Part shown: one piece after another, positions 15,676 through 26,750 of the stretch
Layout of the letters: every line of letters starts with the position of its first letter
Numbering within the stretch: position 1 is the stretch's first letter
DNA from: Phyllosticta citribraziliensis
Taxonomy: Eukaryota
Assembly: GCF_038025025.1 (NCBI RefSeq)
Contig: NW_027117344.1
Span: 620,001-684,000, forward strand
Direction of reading: 5' to 3'
Length of the DNA: 64,000 nt
The notes under the pieces: model-generated
What the model was told of the DNA's origin: nothing
Database searches by the model: none
The model's input: only the letters and a program-made list of their open reading frames with translations
Made by a program: the position numbers and the translations under genes

Positions 15676-16927
15676 TCAACCTCGCACCACGCTCTGAATC
15701 GGCGAACCACTGCCCGTTGCTCGAGGCACCCTGAGACGTGCACCGGGGTCGCGTTCGTCGACATTGTCCGACGCCCCGTCTGCGACCACAGATCTTCGTG
15801 ACGTAGGCGTTGGCCTCTCAACGATGACAGCTGGTACTTTCTCTACAGCAGTCTTCTCTACGGGCACAACAGTCTTCTCTTCGGGCCTCGGCTCCACCTC
15901 CACAACTTCGACGACCTCTTCCGTCACCGGCGGGTCGTGAAAAGTTGGAGGAGGTCCTGATTCGCCGCCGCTGGCCTCTCTGCGACGGACGATACGTCTA
16001 TTCCGATAGGCCTTTCTGATGATGACGAATGCGACAACGGCGCCTGCGAAGCCACCGAGGAGCAAAAGGAGCGCGTACGTGACCTTCTTTTCTCGCCTCG
16101 TGGTCATTTCGCAGCGTCGATAGCAAGATTCGAAGCTGGTGCATTCTGGTACGGGGGGCGGAGTGTTTTTCTTGCCCTTCTTGCTGGACGAGGTTGGCTT
16201 CGACGACTTCCCTATCGTTCTCGACGGCCTCTTTCTGCCCTTCGTCTTTTTGCAGTGTTGAGGCGTATTTGTTGCCGTCGTGTTGAGGCCTGCCAGTGAG
16301 TAGAACAGCCCCTTGGGAATCAACCTGCCATGGGCGTCTCCCCAATGGGGGGACTCGGTGTACGTGACAACTTTCGTGACTTGCTTGCAATTGGATCCCT
16401 TGTAGCCGCTCACGGTTGAAACCACCGGCGTCAGGTATTGTCGCATGCAAGTGGTTTGACAAATGCCTCTGTGGTGTGTCTTGTAAGATGATTTCGTGTT
16501 TTCTGGAAAAAAGTCGCCGAAGCTGAAGGTCTTCGGGGGGCAAACGGTAGGCCAGAAGATAGGACTGCGAGTGATATCATCAGTTGTTGCCTCGCAAGAG
16601 AGAAATAAACCCACCTGGTAGTGCTTGGCTTCCGCTGTTTGGGAGAACTCTTCAAGTCTAACTTCACAGGGTTTCCCTCTGTCAAGTTTCGACCATCCCA
16701 GGGCGACACCATCTTGGGAAATGCACCCGGTCCGAGGATCATGTTCCAAATTCCTCCTGTGGCTCTAACAAATCGTTAGATTCAGAGGATCAAGGAAGAA
16801 CTCAGACATACTGCGGGCCTGGGGTGGGCATCGTATAAGTCAAAGCCGGGCGATTCTGGGGTTGCTGGGCAAGTGAGACGCCCAAAAGGAGCGGAGCGTG
16901 TAGGAGAAGCTTGAAGAGGGGCGCCAT
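15676..16927 (-). CDS. Orphan type I membrane protein (signal peptide, Cys-containing ectodomain, one TM, charged tail)
   Basis: ATG 16927 gives MAPLFKLLLHAPLLLGVSLAQQ (signal-like); two plausible GT-AG introns join it to the 15676 frame with TM YALLLLLGGFAGAVVAFVII followed by RKAYRNRR. Confidence 0.55.
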
Positions 16928-19225
16928 GTCGAATAATGGATCGTCGTGCCAATGTTGAGGCAAGTTCTGCTGCGGAATAGCTGCTTCGTGACCAAAAGAT
17001 GATTGTGATGAGTGAAGAGCAAGTCTTGCCTGGGCTCAGAGGTGAGTTGTTTTTGCACGACAGCGCTTTCCGTTTCTGGCAGACACGCAACGCCAGCACT
17101 TGCCGTTCCTGCAGACAGCCCAAGCGGCATCAATCCTCGTGAAAGGGCATGTTGCTCTTGCGGGAAGTCTCGTGTCGAACTTGCGAACTTCCTTCCGAGT
17201 GACTTCCGCGATGCGATACTGCATGCAAAAGAGCAACGAACCCAACCCACCCAATCCGCAAATTTCCATGATACAGTGACAGACAACGCTGTGCGGCCGT
17301 GTCAGCGACGCTTCATCCTTGACAAAAGCCAAGAGGACGATGCAAGTGTCTGACTTCTACAAGGACCATTACAACCACACTCGATCTGTCCCGCTCTTCA
17401 AGTCTCTGGGCCACAAAGGACATTGGAGAAAGCAGCCAAAAGAGAAGGGACAGACAATGACAGCGGCCAAAAGAAAAGACCTCCGGTTGAACAGGAGGCA
17501 AAAGAATTACTGGGATGGTCACTACGAGGGTCGAACTCGCGACCTTGGCGTTAACTTGATATTAGCACCACGCTCTAACCAACTGAGCTAAGCGACCCAG
17601 AGAATCCGAATGTTGGTGATTTCGTAAATCGCCAGGGTGGGATTGTTGAAAATAGAAACACCAGCATGCATTATGTATAACATTTGATTGTTCTCCTGAT
17701 CTCTGACAGCGAACTGAGGGTTTACGAAAGCAAAAATGAAGAAATCTGACTTTTGAGGAAGCTCAATGTTGAGTTTGAGATATTTGGAGTGAAGTGAGGG
17801 CCCAAATAAACAAAACTTAGGTGTCGAAGTTGAACGAACAAGCGACAGCAAGAGGAGAAACACAAGACCTGAAATGATGAAAGAGGAGAAGCTGTCACCC
17901 TCAACCATGGTACCTTGCCGCAGTCATGCTCAGAACCGTGACCCAACACGCGACTTTACCAACTTTCGTCGACCACAGGAATCGGCCCAAGGCAGGAAAA
18001 ACGACGGGCGACTGAGGTGAGAACCAAACTTTGACCGGCGAGCCAGCAATGAGCTCCTCAAGTGCCAAAACACGTGCGACCACCGCCACCGCCGCCGGCG
18101 CCCTTGCATGCCGCTAACGACGACAGCCCGGACCGCAGCGAGAGAATCAGACAGCCGTCATGAAAGCTGCTGGAGACAGCCCAGAGTCGTCGCTCGCCGC
18201 TTTGTCGCACATCAAAGACCAAATCCAACGGAACCATGCAGGGCGCCGAACACGTCGAACCAGCCGCACCTAGGTCTTCATGCACCCGAAATATCTTTCT
18301 CCATGGACGCATGAGGACAGCCAGCGGTCTCAGTCAGTCAGCCAGTCAGTCTCGGAAGCTTCCTTGCCGAGCAGCGGCGTCAAAGAAATAAAAGAAAGGT
18401 CGAGAAGAATGCCCCCGCGTGAACCGGCCAGCAAGGAGTTGAGCGACAGCCGGAAAGGGAAAAGGCGCGGTTGGTAACAAGGGACGACTGCGTGCACCGG
18501 GGACCTATCGAAGGGGAAAAATTGGAAACAGAGAGAGGAAGAGGAAGAGGAAGAGGAAGAGAGGGAAAAAGGGCTGCTGTCGTTTGTCTGGCTGTCAAAC
18601 AGACAACAACCTTTCAACGCTCTTCATGCAACGAGGGCTTCTCCCAGGACGACATCGCCCCTCTTCCTCCTTCAAATCGCTCCTTGACCAACGGATTCGT
18701 CTTTCTCGATCCCGCGACGCCGCCGCTGCATGTCCATCTGGGTAGACGACGAAGGACCGAGAACCCAAAAGTCCACCAACCACGTGACGCCAGACGTCCT
18801 GCGTCGACCTCGTTGACACTTGACAAAAAATCCACGCGGCTCAATTTCAGGGGCCCCACATCGTCGCCCCAATCGAGCTGGGCCAAGACGCTGGCGTACG
18901 AGTCGCTCAAGGGGGGCCAAAAAACAAGAAAAATACATCTCCCCCAAAACCAACTGCGCGCGCGCGCGACTAGAGGAACACTTTTGCGAACGAATAGTCC
19001 CGCATAGATCGCAACGCGGGTCTCCTCCCCATTCCCCGCGCGAAATCGTCTACTAAGCGCCGGTGACACTGTATTGTACAAGGGCTGTGCGACTGCGTTT
19101 CTCAGAAGGGGACGACGCCGTCCACCTCTCCTGTGCGTACATAGCGAGAAGGCATACAGACCTGGTCCAGCCGTCCGACCCCATCGCCAGGTCCTCACCA
19201 CGCTGGGCACCATCTTCCCCGAAAG

Positions 19226-20397
19226 ATGAAGTCGCGGCGCGCGCTCTTGGCGTGGGCGTCTGTCTTTCTCTTCACGTTCCTGGGCCTATGGCTTCTGCCC
19301 GCGCTGGTGCGGCTGCTCTGGCTGCCGAATTCCACGTTTGTGACGTCACGGCGCCTCGAGCAGCACCGGCGCGCTGGGAACGCGACCTTGGGGGTGAGGC
19401 TGTCCGTCCGTGTCGACATCGACTCGGAACAGAAGGGAGTTCCATTTTAACAACAGCGCTAACGCGTGCACAGTTTGAAGCGATCCTGGCAGTGACGCCG
19501 CACTCGATGCCGGAGCGGCTGCGCTGGCGCAAAGACGGCATGGTCGACGCGGCCACGCTCACAGGACTCGAGATACAGTACCCGACGCAGCCGCAGTGGA
19601 CCGACGCCGACGAGCACGCCTTTGTCGAGCACACCCGCGACGGCGGCGACAGTCCCAGCGACGGCGCCGCAAAGGCCTGGCTGGGCCATTTGTACACGCT
19701 GCGGCAGGCCGCCAACTTCTCCACGGCCCTGATCCTCGAGGACGACATGGACTGGGACGTCGCCGTCAAGCAGCAGGTCGTCGACGTGGCCAAGGCCATC
19801 TGGACGCTGTCGCATCCGCAGTACATGCTGACCTTGGGCCGCGTCGTCGGTCAGGCGGCTAAGCTGGAGGCGGAGCTGGACGACGCACCGTACGGCCTGG
19901 CATGGGATGTGCTCTGGCTGGGGCACTGCGGCAGCGCGGTCCCCGAGGACCCGGACGCCATTTACCGATACAACGACTCTTCACTGCCGCCAGTCACGCA
20001 GTCGGCCGTCCAAGAAAAGGGGGTCCGCTTCGTCTACCAGAGCGGCTCGCCCGTGTGCAGTTTCGCGTATGCCGTGACGCGGCACAGCGCTGAGAAGATC
20101 CTGCGCACGGCGACGGGCAACTCGGTTGCGTTTGACGTGTGGCTGCATTTCGCCTGCGAGAGGGGCCAGTTGACGTGCTTTGCCGTCAACCCGGAACTCT
20201 TTCATCAGCACGAGATGGCAGGCGCTCATGACAGCTTGATTAATGGCCTGGACTCGGGCAATCCGATTGAGTTTGAAAAGACGAACAATATTTGGCATAG
20301 CGCGCGGTGCAACGTTGGGTCGAATGCCACGGGTCCGATATCTTGTCCAGCGCAGTACGATGGTGTTGACGAGGCTGTCCCGGAGGCTCAGAGATGA
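19226..20397 (+). CDS. Glycosyltransferase family 25 protein (type II membrane), 1 intron
   Basis: N-terminal TM, AGNATLG|FEAILAV junction, TALILEDDMDWD, PYGLAWDVLWLGHCG, PVCSFAYAVT typical of fungal GT25. Confidence 0.85.
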
Positions 20398-20620
20398 TTT
20401 GTATTTGGCGCGGAGGGCGTTCTATCAGTCAGGTTTGGTTCGAGCATTGGCGCGGAGTCAGGGTCAAGGTGGAGTTGGAAATTTTGTGAACCGGGAAATC
20501 GGAAAGGCCAACTTGTATAACACAAGCGTTTGGAGGCTGATGGAGCTGGTAGGTCTATTTCAAATTGTTCTTTCTAAATGGCCGTTGTCGTTCAGTCGTC
20601 CATCGTCAGTCGTTCAAGCC

Positions 20621-22071
20621 TCATACCCCATGCGCAGCTTGTGAAGCTTTCAGGGCGCCAACCACAGCGAAACAGATCAATGGCGATATCACGTACGACA
20701 ACTAATCAAGTCAGTCTCAAGTTTGCCAACCAGGGGTCGACTTACCGTCAAAAACTTGGCAACGCTCAGCCTCTCGTGTTCCTCAACATCGCTAATATCA
20801 GCGAGAGCCGAAAGCTTCAACGCCGGCGGACCCGTCGGCATTAGCATCATGCAAAACCAAAGCAACGGATCCCGAATCAAAAGACCCGTCTTGGCCGCCA
20901 GGACCCAAACGATCAAAATGCTCAGGACGGGCCACACAAAGTAGCGCACGGCAGTGACAAAGACAAACAGTCGCCAGGGCACGGCGCCGCTGTCCTTGCC
21001 CTGCTTGACCCGCACCATGGCCTGCCACAGCTTGACGCCCACAACGACAATCTGCAGCGCGGCGAAGAGGTCGCCAATGTTTTTGATCGACGTCGTCAGC
21101 CACGCCCTGAAGTAGCCGCCTTCATCCGGAGGGGAGAAGAAGAGGCGGTGCAACGTGGGTGTCAGCCCGATGATGGCGCCTGCGACGGCGCCGAAGAATG
21201 GTGGGTTGGCGAGCTGGAACGTAAAGATCAGAGTCGACTGCAGCCAGCGAGGTAGCTTCTCGAAATAGTGCTGCCAGAGCGCGAGCATGCGGGAGCCGAC
21301 TGGCTCGCTGCTGCGCGCGACGCTATCCGAGAGGAGCGTCGTCTCTTCAGAGTCGTCCACGAGCGCGTCGTCAGATTCATCTTCAGAGTTGGCGCTCAGC
21401 TGACGTTGGCGGACGCGTCCAATCTCGATATCGACGCTTCTCTCAGAAGACGAGCCATTCGTGGTCGTGCTGCCGTGGGAGTGACGTTTTCTCTTTGGTA
21501 CGTCTGACAAGTCGTCGTCTTGGCTATTGAGCAGCCAGGGACCAATCGCAAACGTCAGGCTGTTGCTGACCATGGCATTGACGAGGAAATATGACTTTGC
21601 GCGCTCGACGACGTCGGGCGAGTCGTCGACCATTGCCAAGACGCCTGCCGCGTTCAGAGACTGCACCAGGAGCAGTGGTAGCGATGTCGTGTTGTTGAAT
21701 GCGATTGCGGGCGTGATCCAGCCCGGCAGCTTGAAAAACCTGGTGCATATGCTGCCAAAGGCGACAGATGAGAGAATTGTCATTATGGCGAATACTGGAT
21801 TCTTTTAGCCCATGCCTGACGGCGTCCAAAGTCACAAATTACTCAGAATGGGCACGTAGTTTGTGGCGGTTTCATGCTGGAGCTGCGAACCGACATTGTA
21901 CACCAACAAGGCCGGTAGAAACAGGCGTACGCAGGCTTTGGAGAGATCTTTGGCGGTATTGTCGCCTATGAGTCTGAATTGCGCAGCCAACACGCCGTAT
22001 GATATTGTGAGGAGGACGCTAATGGACGCCTGAAGAGAGCCCACAAAGGCCGTCAATATGCTGGAGGACAT
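20621..22071 (-). CDS. Auxin efflux carrier family (PILS/ECM3-like) membrane transporter, 2 introns
   Basis: SLQASISVLLTISYGV, CVRLFLPALL, AFNNTTSLPLLL, MLMPTGPPALKL; last exon LSYVISPLICFAVVGAL ends at TGA 20621. Confidence 0.85.
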
Positions 22072-22718
22072 GACGGCGAGAGTGGGAGAGTATGGAGACA
22101 AGGAGGGTGTCAAAAGACTTGGAAAGATTGTCGCGTTATGGCAGCATGTCTTGAGGTTGGCTGGCGGGAAAAGTCATGTCCGAGGCTTGGTCAGGCAGGA
22201 GTGGGAGTCCCCTGAAGACGCCAGGCAAGGTGCTCCTTACGTCATGCACAGACGGTTCAGCACGCGAGTTTCCGTGGTGTTCAAGGGTCTGATAGGCACA
22301 TTTAGATCACGCAGTTACAGATCTGGAATTGCACGTGGTTGCGCTTCGAAACATTTCACGCTGGCTTGTTATCGTCGCATTCAAGTAGGCAATTTTGGGA
22401 GCATGGTTTTCAGATTGTAGAGACTAAGCCATAACCAAAGCACGCAGACAGACTAAAAGCAAATCCGCCAAGTGTATCAATACCATCCTGTAAGAAACCA
22501 TTCGATCTGACCAAAACAAAAGTAGAGAGGGCCACGAGTCAATCCCGTAGGAGACGTCAGAACCGGCCAAAATAGGATAAGCCAAAATGAAGAGTCGAGA
22601 ACAATAATGAAACTTTTTTGTAGGGTAGCTGGAAGCCAGACCCATATTCCCGGGAGCTCTCCAGCTCCCCAACCTTCAAGGCATCATGCATCTAAAGATG
22701 ACATGCAAAAGCAGACAA

Positions 22719-23507
22719 TCACGAGGGGGTGTAACCGAGGCTGAGAGCAATCTTCTTCCACTCGTCCCGTTCCGATTCGATATCGGCAATGCGCTTCTCC
22801 AATGTCTGAACGTGCTCGTACTTGCGGGCGCGCGACTCACGTGCGGCAAGAGTGTTGCGGGCACGCTTGATCGCAATCTTGTCAGAAGGGTCCTGAACAG
22901 TAATGGGAGGCAGCGGGCCCTTGCGCCGACGGGACTTGACAACGCCAGAAACAGACGAGTGGGGCATGGCGGGAGAGTTGGACTTCGATTCAGACTTGCG
23001 CCGGTAGGTATCCATGACCAGAGGCTGCGGAGACTCGAGCGGAGTGGCACAGGTTTGCTCCTCAAGCGCGGGAATGTTGTCGGTGGGGACCGGGTCGCAA
23101 GCAGTCTTGTCGTCAGACGGGAACAAAGAGTACCAAGTGCTGGTCGAGGACATGTCGGCGTCCTGCTGGAACAAAGGGGACGTGTCGTACGAGTCCAAGT
23201 ACGGAGACTCATTTATGGACGGCGAAGTCAAGTTTGTAAACGCGGTCGAGGGAGGAGCCGAGGACAGAGGGTCGTTGAAGATGTCCTTGGGGGAAACGGT
23301 GGTGGCAGTTCCGATCGAGGCAGACATGGGGTCGTTGACCTGGAAGTTGGCGTTGTCGAAAGTAGTCCAGTCGAACGAGTCCATGGGCATGTTGCCGAGG
23401 TTGGACGAGTCGCCGTCGCCAGCAAAGGCGACGTTGATTCCGTTGTCTGGGATCGGATGAGAAACTGGCGTTGACAGAGGCAAGCGGAGCGAATTACCTG
23501 AAACCAT
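22719..23507 (-). CDS. cpcA: Cross-pathway control bZIP transcription factor (GCN4 orthologue)
   Basis: TVSPKDIF, SAPPSTAFTNLTSPS, WYSLFP activation motifs; basic region KRARNTLAARESRARK plus zipper; in-frame 51-nt intron 23447-23497. Confidence 0.95.
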   Translation of the reverse strand: MVSGNSLRLPLSTPVSHPIPDNGINVAFAGDGDSSNLGNMPMDSFDWTTFDNANFQVNDPMSASIGTATTVSPKDIFNDPLSSAPPSTAFTNLTSPSINESPYLDSYDTSPLFQQDADMSSTSTWYSLFPSDDKTACDPVPTDNIPALEEQTCATPLESPQPLVMDTYRRKSESKSNSPAMPHSSVSGVVKSRRRKGPLPPITVQDPSDKIAIKRARNTLAARESRARKYEHVQTLEKRIADIESERDEWKKIALSLGYTPS

Positions 23508-23652
23508 GGTGTTGGTAGTAACTGGTTTCTGTGAAATGTTTCCCGTAGTGCTAGAGAAGAGAGGGACCTGTGGAAGACTTCGGTTCGAAGAAGGGTGACG
23601 ACGGAATCCTAGGGTAGAAGCAGGGGCGCTGTTGGCGTAGAAGTGGTCGCGG

Positions 23653-23814
23653 TTAAACGTAGGAGGCTGCGGATGAGCGCTCGGTCGACGCGGTTGGGTG
23701 GCAGGCGTCGATTGCTCGAAGAGTTGAAAGTCTTCCTGAGGCAGCCGAAAGTTCGGTTGTGATTGGTGCTGTGTTGGTTGCCGTAAGGCTGGTGGAGCTG
23801 GAGAGGGGAGCCAT
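23653..23814 (-). promoter_or_regulatory. cpcA uORF2 (53 codons, MAPLSSSTSL...ASYV*)
   Basis: ATG 23814 to TAA 23653, out of frame with the main ORF; matches the known cpc-1/cpcA leader layout. Confidence 0.85.
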
Positions 23815-23954
23815 TGTTGCTGGTGAGAAGCCGTGGTGGACGACTTGAGGGGTTTAATAGTTGGAGGGCGAAAGCTTGAAAAGCTGCGCGAGGCTGGGCT
23901 GTTCACAGGTCCTGACGGAGTCTGTGAGAGTGGAGAGAAGACGACAGAGGGGGT

Positions 23955-23966
23955 CTAAGCAGCCAT
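23955..23966 (-). promoter_or_regulatory. cpcA uORF1 (ATG GCT GCT TAG)
   Basis: Three-codon uORF beginning Met-Ala, like GCN4/cpc-1 uORF1. Confidence 0.88.
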
Positions 23967-24042
23967 GATTGCCAAATGTCGTGATGTGTGTAGTGTGGTG
24001 TTGAGTGGAGTGGGTGGGAGGCGAGACCGAGGGGGAAAGACG

Positions 24043-24084
24043 TGACTCTTTAAACGCGCCCGCCGAGAGAGCGAGTGTGAGTCA
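24043..24084. promoter_or_regulatory. Gcn4/CpcA response elements upstream of cpcA (TGACTC 24043, TGAGTCA 24078)
   Basis: Consensus TGA(C/G)TCA sites about 80-120 nt upstream of uORF1; cpcA autoregulation through such sites is known in Aspergillus. Confidence 0.7.
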
Positions 24085-24388
24085 CAAATTCACGGGCTAG
24101 CTGCAACGGGCGCTAGCGCCAAAACGGCGACTCGGGCCTGCCTGTGCCCCTCGCCCTGGCCCTCGCCCTCGCCCTCGCCCTCGGCCTCCCGCCAGCGCTC
24201 AACCACTTGTGATCCCTGCCCCAGGCTCCCTCTGCTTCACCTTTACCGGCCGCCTGCTTCACGACACCGTCCCCACCTCATTCATGAACTGTCGCCCTCG
24301 TCACCATGCAACTTGTCGACCACATTCTGCTGCAACCGCCCAAATGGCTCTCCATCCATAGCCGGCCGCCGCGCACTGCCATTGCTGC

Positions 24389-24422
24389 CTAGCTGCTAGC
24401 TGCTAGCTGCTAGCTGCTAGCT
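24389..24422. repeat. (CTAGCTG)x~5 heptamer tandem repeat
   Basis: Read directly. Confidence 0.85.
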
Positions 24423-26750
24423 CAGGCAGCCCCCGGCAGCGCCAATTTCACCGATTGGGGTGCTGCATGTCAACCGCGCCCTATCCCGCTGGATTATTCA
24501 GCCTCTACTGCCGTTTTCCCCGGCTTCGCCTTGGCCTTCCCTGTCCGCTCTTTGTTCAAACTCCGCAATCTCCATCGCAGCCATTCCACTCGAGGACAAT
24601 GGCCACATTTGACCTCGTCTTCCACCATCCAAGTGCAATCCTCATTCTCTCCAACACTGCCTCCACATTGCGGTAGACTACTTTCGGTTACGGGAGCACA
24701 ACAGCGCCTACCTAGCATCCAGGAGCCGTACTCTCAAAACGCAGGGAAAGGCAGTTGCTGTGACTCACTCTCTTTAGTCCCCCTACCAGACGCGTTTCTC
24801 GTCCAAAATTCCAAGCCGCCACATGCCGCCTTTGGTGTGCGTAGCGTTCCCGTCAAACCCCTGCCAAGTGTGCCGCCAGACCGGCAACCACGGCACTCAC
24901 TTTTAGCCCATCCGTCCAGACCATCACGAGCTTATATGTTCTCACTCTCACCATCAGCAGCACAAATCTCAAACTCACAAGAGCATGGGTGCATGTGTGC
25001 TGCCGTCAGAAACGGGTGCCGGCGAGTACGAAGTGGAGAGGCGGCTGACAAGGTGCAGGTGCAGCTTGGGACACGAGCGCTCCAAGCAGTCCCGTCGCAA
25101 CCGACACCCGCCCACGGGCTGGCAGCCTTGTTGGTCGTCATGTCTGCCTTGTCCCAATCCATCAACAGCAGCAACAGAGACAAAACAGCACACGGCATAC
25201 GTACGCCGTAGGATTTGGTCGTGTGCCCGCTGAGCCTCGCCGCCTTCGCTCCTGGCTCTTGCACGCGTTTGGACACCGCATCTCATTCTTCGCCGCGACC
25301 GCCATCCAACCATGCTTGTTCGCCGCTGCCGCCGCCGCCCTCTGCCTCAGGTTCGGCCTGCGTAGATTGGTTGACGTCCTCTGATAGGTGGACTGCACCC
25401 TTGATAGGCGCAGCCACGGTGCATTTCCAGCCGTCTGCCTGGCTTGCTGCCCGGAGTGGACGTGAGATGCTGCGATGCTCCACCGTCTTTTTGTATTCTC
25501 CACCTTTTTGCCTTTTGACTAGGAATTTTTTTCTTCTTTCCTCCTCCGCTTCTCACGCAGGAGACGTCGCAGCAGCCTGCTGGCGTGGTGTCGTTGGCAG
25601 GACGCTGTTCGCCATGAAACGAGCCCCCTTCCAAGCATTTTTTCGTCTTTTCTTCTTTTCGTGGACACTCTGCCGTCGAGGCTTTGCAGTGCGCGCCACC
25701 ACTCCCTACATCATCAGGCTCCGCTGCAACGGCATGGCATCCTCATCCCAGCTTCCTACCCTTAGAAGAGACGAAAGCTTTGCCAGACATCCAACCCATC
25801 GTCGTGGAATGCATTGAACACATGTCGATCTAGCGACAGACAGGCGAAAATGCTCGCCAGAAAACATGTTCACTGATCAAGCAAAAGACGACAGTCGTTG
25901 TTTCTTTCTCCAGGCGCAGGTGAATGCAAACACCCTCTCTCCATCTTCGGCGTCGTGCTGTGCTTGTTGCGCGCCTCGTCATGCCGTTTATCTGCAATGC
26001 CTTCCCAGCGCTTCCTCTGCGCACTGCTGCTCTGTCACTACCTCACCTGCACGTACATGTATGTGCACGTATAGATGGGTTAGTAGACACAGTCTCAAAA
26101 ACCGTCCAAAAGGCGTCACCACGCTCTGATCATTCAGCACGCCAGTAGTGTGTCCTGGACTGTTCATAAATGCGCTGGCTCTGCACCGGAGGATTAGGAT
26201 GATACATGGGTAAATCCATGAGTTGAGCGTCTCTTGTATTCGATTCAGTGGTATCCATCTACGCTCTCTAATGCTACTACTACCGCTACCGCTACTGCCA
26301 CTACTGAGTCGAGTCGATCGGTCAATCGACTTTCGAAGCCAGAAAAAAGAAAGAAAAACAATACCCATGAAGAAGCCACCGCAACTCATCCATCCACGCT
26401 TCTCTACGCTCGCTCGCTCTCCGCCTGTCGTTCAACTCTCTGAGGATGCGCTCGAAGCAAGAAAACCGAAGGCCATGATGTATGAAGTAACTCCCATGCT
26501 TTTCTCCCGGCCTAAACACCATGGCAAGCAAGTTCTGCAGTCCATCCGTCTCTTTTTTTCCGTCGGTCTCTCCGTCCATCCGTGGAGCACTCAACGCATT
26601 CACCCATCACTCCACCACTCACTCCATCATGCCCTCGCCCAACGCAGGCCGAACGACACCATCTCAGTCCATCGCACTCAAGCCAAGCCGCCACGCCATC
26701 TCTGCCCACCACCGCCCGACCTCTGCCTACCATGGCGCCGTCTACCCATC

